This document shows, in pieces, positions 1 to 8,164 of a DNA stretch of 64,000 nucleotides. The DNA lies in IMG/VR virus record IMGVR_UViG_3300032320_001447, positions 1 to 64,000 of that record, one strand, 5' to 3'. A program made the position numbers and the translations under genes. Position 1 is the first letter of the stretch; the number at the start of each line of letters is the position of its first letter. The DNA is from a virus. Taxonomy: Duplodnaviria > Caudoviricetes. The notes beneath the pieces are model-generated. The model had not been told where the DNA came from. It saw only the letters and a program-made list of their open reading frames with translations, and did not search any database.

Positions 1-247
1 CGTAGTCTTCGTCTACTACGCAAGCTCCTACTGAAAGGCTTTGCTTAGTTGCGACTCCTGATTTGTTGAATGCGATTAATGCATAACCTGATGGAACGTG
101 CGCTCTGATACCTGAAGGAATTAGAACTGATTCTCCTGAGTTGATAGTCGTTTCTTGAAAATCTTCTGGTACGTAGAAGTCGATACCTGCTGATAAGCTT
201 GTACCTCTACTTGGTGTTTTTACGTTTCTTGTCTTTTGAATATTCAT
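1..247 (-). CDS. dut: dUTPase (trimeric), truncated by window edge
   Basis: Not in ORF track; hand translation MNIQKTRNVKTPSRGTSLSAGIDFYVP...FNKSGVA...GACVVDEDY shows dUTPase motifs I (AGIDF), II (KSG) and III (G.VD.DY). An alternative in-frame ATG lies at 256. Confidence 0.9.
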   Translation of the reverse strand, partial: MNIQKTRNVKTPSRGTSLSAGIDFYVPEDFQETTINSGESVLIPSGIRAHVPSGYALIAFNKSGVATKQSLSVGACVVDEDY

Positions 248-512
248 TCTGTACATTTTTTTGATAGTCGTTTAGTGATGCAATATACGCAACTAAATCT
301 AAATAATTGTCTTCTTTGTAATTATAAGATGCTCTTGATAACTTTAGGGCTAACATACAATTGTACATATCAACTGTAGTGATCTCCTTTCTTGATAATA
401 GAGACGCAATCTTGGCTGCTTCTTGCATGCCTTCTTGAAAAGGGCCATACATACGCTCCTTTTCTTCGTTTCTTTCGAATACGATTTCGTTTGCTTTAAG
501 TAGTATATTCAT
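207..512 (-). CDS. DUF6378-like all-alpha protein (possible dNTP pyrophosphohydrolase-related)
   Basis: YG..., MLALKLSR, KEDNYLDLVAY pattern typical of this phage family; adjacent to dut. Confidence 0.6.
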   Translation of the reverse strand: MNILLKANEIVFERNEEKERMYGPFQEGMQEAAKIASLLSRKEITTVDMYNCMLALKLSRASYNYKEDNYLDLVAYIASLNDYQKNVQNEYSKDKKRKNTK

Positions 513-516
513 GAAG

Positions 517-524
517 TAAATATA
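517..524 (-). promoter_or_regulatory. Bacteroidota-type -7 promoter box TATATTTA, 4 nt before ATG
   Basis: Minus strand TATATTTA-CTTC-ATG; one mismatch to TAnnTTTG consensus. Confidence 0.45.
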
Positions 525-548
525 AGAAATAAAGGGCTAATAATAAAG

Positions 549-1436
549 CTAATCTTTGTAGTGCTTTTCAAAATCTTTAAAGTCTCCCCACTCGCGACTT
601 GAATCGATGTCACTAGGTTTTATTGTGGGTTTAGGCATATTTCCTGCTACATTCCAAAACCAATCCCCTTGCTGCCCATGTTGCTTTAAGAGTTCCCAAC
701 CTTTCGCATCGTATGTTTGTATAGAATCGAAAGGAGTCTGTATCCTTGAAGGTTTTAAGAATGCTCTGTCGTGAGAGTAGAATTTTGCTCTACCAAGTTC
801 TCCTTCTTGAATGTTTCTTGCCACGGCCACAGCATTGAATTTAGTTTTTGGTAGCGCGATCTGTAAAGTGCGAGATAAAACTCCAGTGGAAAATACAGAC
901 CACATAGTTTCAATATCTGTGTCTTTAAAATTATCGTGAAATATTCTAACTCCACCGGCAACCACCATTTCGTGCTTTAATCCAAAGGGTAAATACTTTG
1001 CTCCAATTTTTTCTGCGAATTGCTTTGCCCAAATATTTGCTGTTGGCATTGCTGGTATTCTAGTAAACATTGGAATTCCACCATTTTCTATTGCTGTTAA
1101 CTGGTGTTCAGATGCCTCTTTAGAAGCTGGCATAACTAGATACAATTTTTTATTGTACTTCTTTGCTAAATGACACAAAGAATAAGGAGCATAACCTGTT
1201 CTTGGTGCAACATAAACCATCGCATCTTCTTTTACTTGCGATATAAAGAAGTCTGCCATTTTTGCTTTGCTTCCAAATTGAAATTCTCCATCATCGACAA
1301 CTTTAAAGCCTTCTACGTCTTTTACTTTAAATGTAAAATCGTGCTTGTAATCTTTAGTCATGTCAAGATAGTAGTTTAAGTCTCTACCATCTGACATGTC
1401 TAAATTAGATTCATCTGTTGCTTTGTTTAAAAACAT
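549..1436 (-). CDS. PLP-dependent enzyme, fold type II (cysteine synthase/ACC deaminase-like), phage DNA-modification type
   Basis: GSKAK (candidate PLP lysine), VYVAPRTGYA, STGVLSR phosphate loop, YDAK, FWNVAG. Confidence 0.7.
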   Translation of the reverse strand: MFLNKATDESNLDMSDGRDLNYYLDMTKDYKHDFTFKVKDVEGFKVVDDGEFQFGSKAKMADFFISQVKEDAMVYVAPRTGYAPYSLCHLAKKYNKKLYLVMPASKEASEHQLTAIENGGIPMFTRIPAMPTANIWAKQFAEKIGAKYLPFGLKHEMVVAGGVRIFHDNFKDTDIETMWSVFSTGVLSRTLQIALPKTKFNAVAVARNIQEGELGRAKFYSHDRAFLKPSRIQTPFDSIQTYDAKGWELLKQHGQQGDWFWNVAGNMPKPTIKPSDIDSSREWGDFKDFEKHYKD

Positions 1437-1439
1437 TAA

Positions 1440-2129
1440 TTAGTATTTTTTAGTTTTTTGAAGTTCCTTACTTAAATTACTAATAGGAATAGGTGTTCCT
1501 ACTGGGTAAGGGAATCCTTCTTTAGCTGCGGTTACAGATGTCATTCCCGATTCAACTGGAACGGCTTTACGTAATGGAACTGCTGCTTCGTTAAGTGGTC
1601 CGTATACTTTTGCTAAAACGATACCATCGGATGTTGTGTCGAAGATAACTCCTGGCATTGCAAACATATTACTTTCGCTTGTACTTGGAGAATCTAAATT
1701 AATAACGAACATACGATTTACTGGTGGTAATAATTTCCACTCTTTAGAAGCTGGATCAAATTGAGGCACTGTTGTTGTTGAATCATAATACCAGAAGAAA
1801 GACCATACAGTATTGCTAGTTCCATCAGGAGTTTGCGGGTTTTCACCTACATTGAATTTTCCGTAAGTACCACTAAAACCATGCATTGCTAAATTAGAAA
1901 GAGATGGTCCGGTTAACACTGGACATACTGCGCATCCTTCTTTATATTCTACGCCTTGAACAATAATCATTTTTCCAGTTGGAACTGCGGCTGAAGCGCC
2001 ACAAAATGCAAAAGCTCCTTGATGAACCTGTACTATTTCTTCTAATTTAATTTCTTGTTCTACTTCAGCTGTTTTGCAACCGATTAATGTTACTAGTAGA
2101 CTAGCTACTATGAATGTGATTTTTTTCAT
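1440..2129 (-). CDS. Predicted lipoprotein of unknown function
   Basis: MKK + hydrophobic stretch + LIG-C lipobox; Cys-containing mature domain (FCGAS, GCAVCP). Confidence 0.6.
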   Translation of the reverse strand: MKKITFIVASLLVTLIGCKTAEVEQEIKLEEIVQVHQGAFAFCGASAAVPTGKMIIVQGVEYKEGCAVCPVLTGPSLSNLAMHGFSGTYGKFNVGENPQTPDGTSNTVWSFFWYYDSTTTVPQFDPASKEWKLLPPVNRMFVINLDSPSTSESNMFAMPGVIFDTTSDGIVLAKVYGPLNEAAVPLRKAVPVESGMTSVTAAKEGFPYPVGTPIPISNLSKELQKTKKY

Positions 2130-2148
2130 GTTTTTTATTTATTATAAT

Positions 2149-3084
2149 TTATTTTAAAATCTCAGTAAGATAAGGATAATGCTTTGGTTTCAAATGCACA
2201 GATTGTTTCATTTCTAATATGTCTAACATTTTAGTTCCGTCTGCGTCTATCCATTCTTTAGGCCACTGAATTACTTCTAGTCCTGAATTGTTTATGATCT
2301 CGTTTGCAATTTCTCTTACTTGCATTCTCTCTTCTCTTGTACCAAAGAATGGTTGCTTCTTATACAAACCGGTTCCAGGAATTTTTCTTGATTCGTGTTC
2401 TACTGGTAATAGCTCAACTAATGTGGCTTTCTTTAATTGTTTTGCAAAATCAACGTAACGATTAAATAGATCTGCTGTTGCTTGTTGTGGATTTTCTTGT
2501 CTCATTAAATGGAAACGTAAATCAATATTACCGAAGTACAAAGTAACTTCATCGAATCGACTACTGATCTCTTCGACCGTTTCTCTTTTTAAGAATCCGT
2601 GTAAAGTTCTGCCCGCTGTGAAATCTAAAGAGTGTCCAGGTTTCCACACTGATAATGCATGAGAATCACCGACAACACCTTTTCTACTTTGTAAACCGTG
2701 AGATAGAAAAGTGTTATACCAAGCTATCATACTAGTATCAGGAAATTGTCCTTCTACTTTTAATCTTTGATTGAATTTATTAAAATCAAATTGACTATTA
2801 GAGAATCTTATTTCTCCTTCGAACTCTGAAATAGCTTTCATTTTTTCTGTGTGAATGGGTTGTGGCCCACCAGGAACATTAAAAGAACCTGCTACAAAAT
2901 TAACTCCTTCACAAATGTATAAGGTATCGTAAGAACCCCAATCGCTAGGACTGGGGTTTACGTCTACAATATCATTTGGATGGTTATCTTTCAACATTTT
3001 TGATTGTATAAGTCCATATCCTCCTCCCTGTGAGTTGAATGTTGAACCTACATTTCCCATAATTGATACCAATCCAATTTTCAT
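2149..3084 (-). CDS. Hypothetical protein with C-terminal SGNH/GDSL-like motifs
   Basis: GDSH, GRTLHGF, YFGNID and SVH blocks in SGNH order. Confidence 0.5.
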   Translation of the reverse strand: MKIGLVSIMGNVGSTFNSQGGGYGLIQSKMLKDNHPNDIVDVNPSPSDWGSYDTLYICEGVNFVAGSFNVPGGPQPIHTEKMKAISEFEGEIRFSNSQFDFNKFNQRLKVEGQFPDTSMIAWYNTFLSHGLQSRKGVVGDSHALSVWKPGHSLDFTAGRTLHGFLKRETVEEISSRFDEVTLYFGNIDLRFHLMRQENPQQATADLFNRYVDFAKQLKKATLVELLPVEHESRKIPGTGLYKKQPFFGTREERMQVREIANEIINNSGLEVIQWPKEWIDADGTKMLDILEMKQSVHLKPKHYPYLTEILK

Positions 3085-3103
3085 AACTATATTTTTTTAT
3101 TTA

Positions 3104-4723
3104 TTACATTCCCATACCCATCATTGGGTCTTGAGTTTTTTCGTCTTTGTCTTTCTTTTCGAATACTACAGATTCAGTAGTTAAAATAGTGCCTGCTACA
3201 GAAGCTGCATTTCTAAGTGCTGTGATAACTACTTTCGTAGGATCAATGATACCTGCTTCTAATGCGTCTACCATAACGTGATTCTTAGCGTCGTATACTT
3301 GACCTTCTTTAGGAATCTTATTGTACCAATCCTGAATTCCAGCGTTTTCTAAGATTTTCTTGAATGGACTTTGAATGGCGCTCTGAACAATTCCGTAAGC
3401 GATATCATCACTGATAGAATCTGCTGCATGGTGTTGAATAGAAGCTTGGAATAAAGCTGAACCTCCGCCTGGTACGATACCTTCTGCTAACGCAGCTTTG
3501 GTTGCGTATAATGCATCTTCAACTCTATCTTTCTTTTCTCTAATTTCGATATCTGAATTACCGCCTACGTTGATGATTGCTACACCTCCAACTAGTTTGC
3601 CTAATCTCTCTTGTAATTTCTCTTTCTCGTAGAACGAAGTAGATTTTTCTATTTGTTCTTTGATCTCTTCAGCTCTTGCTTCAATTACAGTTTCAGAGCC
3701 TTTACCATCGATGATAGTAGTTTCGTCTTTAGATACTGTAATCAATCTTGCTCTACCTAAGAAATCGTTTACTTGAGCTCCAGTTAATTTATCTAACTTA
3801 TGACCTTTATCTTTAGAAGCAACTGCTCCGCCTGTTAAGATTGCAATATCTTCTAAAATTAAAGTTTTTCTTTCTGCAAAGTCTGGTGCTTTAACTGCAC
3901 ATACTTGAACGATGCCTCTCATCTTGTTAACGATCAAAGTCGCTAATGCTTCTTCTCCGATATCTTCAGCTACGATTAACAATGGCTTGTTCTCAGAATT
4001 TGCTTTAGTTAAAACTTGCAATAACTCTTGTGCTGAAGAGATTCTACCGTCGTACAAGAAAATGTAAGGATCTTCTAATACAGCTTGCATAGTCGTATTG
4101 TTAGTAACAAAATAAGGAGATTTGTAGCCTCTATCAAATTGCATACCTTCAACTACTTCTAAACTAGTTTCTCCAGATTTAGATTCTTCGATTGTAATTA
4201 CTCCTTCACGACCTACTTTTTCTACTGCAGATGCAATAAGGCTACCAACTTCTGGATCGTTATTACCAGAAATAGTAGCAACTTGTTTTACCTGTTCTTC
4301 TGAATCGATATCGATGGATATTTTCTTAATATATTCGATAACCTGTTTAACTGTTTTATCGATTGAGTTTTTAATCTCTACAGCGTTAGAACCTTGACGA
4401 ATTTCTTTTAATCCTTCTCTAACCATTTCTGTCGCCAATAAAGTAGAAGTAGTTGTACCGTCTCCGGCTTCGATAGCAGATTTAATACTAACTTGTTTTA
4501 CTAATTGAGCACCTAAGTCCTCAACATCGTCTTCTAATTTATGGAAAGCTTTGGCTACAGTTACACCGTCTTTGGTAACTTTAACTTCACCGTTTTGCTC
4601 TCTGATTAAAACTGTTCTACCGCCTGGTCCTAATGTAGACGAGACCGCTAAGTTTAATTTCTCAATTCCGGAAAGTAACTTCTCTTTAAGTTCTGTTCCA
4701 CTTATATTTTTTGTTGTACTCAT
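3104..4723 (-). CDS. groL: Chaperonin GroEL
   Basis: TLGPGGR, TKDGVTVAK, GDGTTT, GMQFDRGYKSPYF, GIVPGGG, GIIDP, C-terminal MMGMGM. Confidence 0.97.
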   Translation of the reverse strand: MSTTKNISGTELKEKLLSGIEKLNLAVSSTLGPGGRTVLIREQNGEVKVTKDGVTVAKAFHKLEDDVEDLGAQLVKQVSIKSAIEAGDGTTTSTLLATEMVREGLKEIRQGSNAVEIKNSIDKTVKQVIEYIKKISIDIDSEEQVKQVATISGNNDPEVGSLIASAVEKVGREGVITIEESKSGETSLEVVEGMQFDRGYKSPYFVTNNTTMQAVLEDPYIFLYDGRISSAQELLQVLTKANSENKPLLIVAEDIGEEALATLIVNKMRGIVQVCAVKAPDFAERKTLILEDIAILTGGAVASKDKGHKLDKLTGAQVNDFLGRARLITVSKDETTIIDGKGSETVIEARAEEIKEQIEKSTSFYEKEKLQERLGKLVGGVAIINVGGNSDIEIREKKDRVEDALYATKAALAEGIVPGGGSALFQASIQHHAADSISDDIAYGIVQSAIQSPFKKILENAGIQDWYNKIPKEGQVYDAKNHVMVDALEAGIIDPTKVVITALRNAASVAGTILTTESVVFEKKDKDEKTQDPMMGMGM

Positions 4724-4725
4724 AA

Positions 4726-5019
4726 TTAGTCTTTTAATACAGCTAAGATTTCTGTGTCTTTTGCGATGAAATAATCTTCACCTTCGATGGTGATTTTCAT
4801 AGATCCCAATTTAGGAATCAAAACCTTTTGTCCTACTTCTACAGTAGATTTAACATAAGTGTCAGTATGCCAATTATACGTTTCGCTTGTGGCTACTACT
4901 TCGCCCATTTCAGGACGCTCTTTACCTAAGTCTGGAATTACAATGTTTCCGTAGGTTTGTTCTTGTTCTTCAACTGGCTTCAATATTAGAAAACCGTTGA
5001 GTGGATTTAATTTACTCAT
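4726..5019 (-). CDS. groS: Co-chaperonin GroES
   Basis: LNPLNGFLILKP, GNIVIPD..KERP..GEVVA, EILAV; adjacent to groEL. Confidence 0.93.
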   Translation of the reverse strand: MSKLNPLNGFLILKPVEEQEQTYGNIVIPDLGKERPEMGEVVATSETYNWHTDTYVKSTVEVGQKVLIPKLGSMKITIEGEDYFIAKDTEILAVLKD

Positions 5020-5022
5020 TTT

Positions 5023-5223
5023 TTAATTTATTATTTCAGGTTCTTCAATTTTAATACAAAAATATAACATTCCATCTTTTTTGAATGTGGTGTCAGCACC
5101 TAACCATTGTTTAATGTTTTCCACATTAACTTCAGGGTTGTTGACTCTATCTTCAGCGTACTGTCTAAGCACTTGAAATAGATCTTGATTTACTTTGATG
5201 AAATTTTTACAAATAGTAAACAT
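5023..5223 (-). CDS. Small hypothetical protein
   Basis: 66 aa ORF tightly packed between hsp20 and groES. Confidence 0.7.
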   Translation of the reverse strand: MFTICKNFIKVNQDLFQVLRQYAEDRVNNPEVNVENIKQWLGADTTFKKDGMLYFCIKIEEPEIIN

Positions 5224-5232
5224 AACTAAGGG

Positions 5233-5242
5233 CGGTAGGCCT
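5233..5242. repeat. Inverted repeat arm A (CGGTAGGCCT) downstream of hsp20
   Basis: Exact reverse complement of 5748-5757. Confidence 0.85.
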
Positions 5243-5253
5243 CTTTATTTTAT

Positions 5254-5694
5254 TTAGGCATTAACTTGAAGTAACGTCCTTGGTTTGATTTGAATTTTCT
5301 TTGGTAGACTTTCATCAGATAACGGAATTTCTATTTTTAGAAGTCCTTTATCGATGGTAGCTTCTAAAGAAGATAGATCGAACTTGGAAGCAATTTTCCA
5401 AGCCAAATCGAAAGATCTTCGTGCTATTCCTTTGTGGATAAAATTTGTTATAGGTTCTTCTTCTTTTGCTTTTGCATACTTGATGCGAAGAACATCGCCT
5501 TGCACTTCGATATCGATATCTTCGTAGTCCAAACCTACTGCTGCAAGTTCGAATACAATACTGTCTCGTTTCTCGTAAATGTCTAGTGGATAAGAGATTT
5601 TCTCTGCGATTGTAGAGAAATTAGAATTTTGGTCGAATAGATTCTTCCATAGAAGATCAAAGGGATCGACGCCCCAATGGGTTAATTGTGTCAT
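5254..5694 (-). CDS. Small heat shock protein (Hsp20/IbpA-like)
   Basis: YPLDIYE, FIHKGIARRSF, ATIDKGLLKI alpha-crystallin motifs. Confidence 0.93.
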   Translation of the reverse strand: MTQLTHWGVDPFDLLWKNLFDQNSNFSTIAEKISYPLDIYEKRDSIVFELAAVGLDYEDIDIEVQGDVLRIKYAKAKEEEPITNFIHKGIARRSFDLAWKIASKFDLSSLEATIDKGLLKIEIPLSDESLPKKIQIKPRTLLQVNA

Positions 5695-5697
5695 TTT

Positions 5698-5710
5698 ACA
5701 CCTCCTGTGT
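5698..5710 (-). promoter_or_regulatory. AGGAGG Shine-Dalgarno inside mini-hairpin ACAC-AGGAG-GTGT, 6 nt before hsp20 ATG
   Basis: Plus strand acacctcctgtgt. Confidence 0.55.
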
Positions 5711-5747
5711 GTTTTGGTTAATTATTAAATTTAACATTCGTAACTAA

Positions 5748-5757
5748 AGGCCTACCG
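5748..5757. repeat. Inverted repeat arm B (AGGCCTACCG) in hsp20 5' leader
   Basis: Exact reverse complement of 5233-5242. Confidence 0.85.
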
Positions 5758-5770
5758 GTCCTCATTTTCT

Positions 5771-5778
5771 ATAAATAT
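5771..5778 (-). promoter_or_regulatory. ATATTTAT putative promoter of the chaperone operon
   Basis: One of 16 intergenic copies of the motif upstream of minus-strand genes. Confidence 0.6.
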
Positions 5779-5812
5779 ATATCATTTTTGAATGATAATA
5801 AAATTTTAGTTT

Positions 5813-8122
5813 TTAGTGACCATCTCGTAAATTATGGGCAATCATAGGTGGTGCTTTTAAGGCGATACTTAACTTTGTAGTGTTTTCCATTTTGTCTTGT
5901 ACAATCTTAGAGGCTTCTTCAGCGTGTTCTTTAGGCACTTCACAGACTATCTGGTCATGTATTTGGGCGCACACCCAGCCGTTTATTCCTCTCTTCTTAA
6001 ATTCTCTATTGATTTCCATTGCTGCTCTGTTTACGATAGATGCAGACAGTCCCTGAATCTGTACGTTTTTGGCGTTGTTTAGACCGTTGATAAAGTCTCT
6101 ACTAATACTCTTGACTTGATCTTTACCAAATTCGTACTCAAGTTTTCTTTTATAGTTCCAATCAAGTAAATTATCACCCATAGTTTCGTATATTGCTTTC
6201 ACCTTTGGCAAGTGTCTTACTCGACCAACTTGTGTTTTAACATGTCCCAAAGTTTTAGCTTCGTTCTCAGATCTCTTCATCCACTTGTCTAATTCTGGAA
6301 ATCCACTCAGGTAACCTTTAACTAATTTTTCGGCTTCTTTTGTTGTAACATTAATATTCTTACCAAGAGCGTAAGCGCCCATGCCGTAAGGAATACCTAA
6401 TGCGTATGCTTTTGCAGTGTTTCTTTTCTTTGGTGCATGCTTTCTTAAAAAATTATCTGCTTTTTTATCTCCTGAGTATTGATTAAGACCTTCTGTTTTG
6501 ATAGCAATAGTGGAATAAAAATCCCAGTTATTTCTAAAGATATCCTTGAGACCTTCGTCACCAGAAACATGGGCGAATACGTGTGGCTCCAATGATTCGT
6601 AATCGCAATCTACAAATATATTGCCTTCTTTTGGAATAAAGAACGCTCTTACCAAGTTTGTGTATTCTATAATTACTGGATCGTCATCACCTTCTTCTTT
6701 AGGTCTTGGTAGCTGTTGAGCATCTGATCCGTAGCGACCTGATACCGTACCGTGTTGTTTGTAGTAGAAGTAGTAAATCTCATTCTCGCTAGCATTTAAG
6801 AATCGATCTATGTAAGTTGATTTGATCTTTAATAACTTGTTATATATTCTCAAATTCTTTGCCCACTCATAGGTTTCCGAAATAACTTGTAGCATATCTT
6901 CGTCGAACTGCGCTTTACCTTTTTTGGTACTGGATAATGGTTTGAATCCAAGAACACTGAAAGCTATTTCGCCTAACTGATCTTTTGATTGAATGTTAAA
7001 GAAGTTACCATCGTTTGCTTCTCTCCACATTTTCATGCTGATCTTGTTAGAGAAGTCTTCGTCCAATACGTCTGCACCGTTTAATAAGAATTGCTTTGCT
7101 GCAGACTCTGGTAATCTTGCTACTTCTGATTTTGTAATGTTATATTTGCCCGTCTTTTCTGATTTAGGCAATTCTAATCCACACTCTTCTACAACTTTCT
7201 GAGCGAATGCTCCTTTACTATTTGCTGGGTAAGCTTCTTTTGCTTTGTCTAAAATCCAATGCTTGACTCTGCTATCTGAAAGCAATTCTGTTACTACTGC
7301 TTTTGATCTCTTGTTCATCTCTTCAGTAATATCAAGATCTGCTTTTTTCATTGTTTCTACGTCAAGCTTAACACCCACCTCTTCCATTGGAATTGTAACC
7401 TCTCTGTACAATGGCATAACTTCGTCTTCAAAAAAGAAAGTTTCAAGACCTTGTGCGTAAAGCTCTTTGATAAAGTGTTCGTACACTCTTAACGTTAAAT
7501 CAGTATCTGCTGCTGCGTATTTAGCTAGAATGTTTATGTCGGCTTTCCAAATCTCGTAGCTTTCTCTTGTAATAGATCCACCGTTCTCTTTGATTGAAGT
7601 TTTTAACTCGATTTGTTCTTCGTTTGCGTCTTTAGTTACATCAAGACCTAATTCTTTTTGGATGGATTGCGCGATACTTTTTAGACCGAATGGACTAGCG
7701 AAAGCGAAACCTGCGCCTTCTTCGTTTACTGTATGTACAAGTAAAATAGTATCTACGTAAAGACTAGGCAGCAAATCAACACCGTAAAAGTTCTTAACAA
7801 ATCTGCAGTCGAAAGACGCATTGTGCATAATCAACTTTTTACCGACTAGTTTAGATATGAATTGTTTTGCTAGATCTTGGCAATTTTTGCCATCGATTAT
7901 AGCGTCTACTAAAGAATTAGTTTCTTTATCGTAAACCGCAGTAGGCATGTAATAGCCTTTACCGATTTCTGCTGATACTGAGAAACCAATGATGGTTCCT
8001 TGTCTTGTGTTCAAAGAGTTTGTCTCGGTATCGAAAGCAATAATCTCTTTGTCTTTGACATGATTTACCATGTCTTTTAGTTTGTCGAAAGTATCGACTA
8101 ATACATAACTTTTTTCTTGCAT
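5813..8122 (-). CDS. polA: Family A DNA polymerase with 3'-5' exonuclease
   Basis: Exo I FDTET, Exo II HNASFD, Exo III YAAAD; pol motif A DYESLE, B RNTAKAYALGIPYG, C QIHDQIV. Start placed at ATG 8122. Confidence 0.95.
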   Translation of the reverse strand: MQEKSYVLVDTFDKLKDMVNHVKDKEIIAFDTETNSLNTRQGTIIGFSVSAEIGKGYYMPTAVYDKETNSLVDAIIDGKNCQDLAKQFISKLVGKKLIMHNASFDCRFVKNFYGVDLLPSLYVDTILLVHTVNEEGAGFAFASPFGLKSIAQSIQKELGLDVTKDANEEQIELKTSIKENGGSITRESYEIWKADINILAKYAAADTDLTLRVYEHFIKELYAQGLETFFFEDEVMPLYREVTIPMEEVGVKLDVETMKKADLDITEEMNKRSKAVVTELLSDSRVKHWILDKAKEAYPANSKGAFAQKVVEECGLELPKSEKTGKYNITKSEVARLPESAAKQFLLNGADVLDEDFSNKISMKMWREANDGNFFNIQSKDQLGEIAFSVLGFKPLSSTKKGKAQFDEDMLQVISETYEWAKNLRIYNKLLKIKSTYIDRFLNASENEIYYFYYKQHGTVSGRYGSDAQQLPRPKEEGDDDPVIIEYTNLVRAFFIPKEGNIFVDCDYESLEPHVFAHVSGDEGLKDIFRNNWDFYSTIAIKTEGLNQYSGDKKADNFLRKHAPKKRNTAKAYALGIPYGMGAYALGKNINVTTKEAEKLVKGYLSGFPELDKWMKRSENEAKTLGHVKTQVGRVRHLPKVKAIYETMGDNLLDWNYKRKLEYEFGKDQVKSISRDFINGLNNAKNVQIQGLSASIVNRAAMEINREFKKRGINGWVCAQIHDQIVCEVPKEHAEEASKIVQDKMENTTKLSIALKAPPMIAHNLRDGH

Positions 8123-8125
8123 ACT

Positions 8126-8133
8126 CAAATATA
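8126..8133 (-). promoter_or_regulatory. Bacteroidota-type -7 promoter box TATATTTG
   Basis: Perfect TAnnTTTG, 3 nt upstream of the polA ATG. Confidence 0.55.
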
Positions 8134-8164
8134 CACAATTTAGGGAATCTGAAAAAATGTAAAA

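Noticed and set aside
5228-5763. hsp20 as a transposon or invertible element bounded by terminal inverted repeats
   Set aside because: No transposase or recombinase nearby; the TAACTAA direct repeat is outside one arm but inside the other, so it is not a target-site duplication. RNA pairing is the simpler reading.
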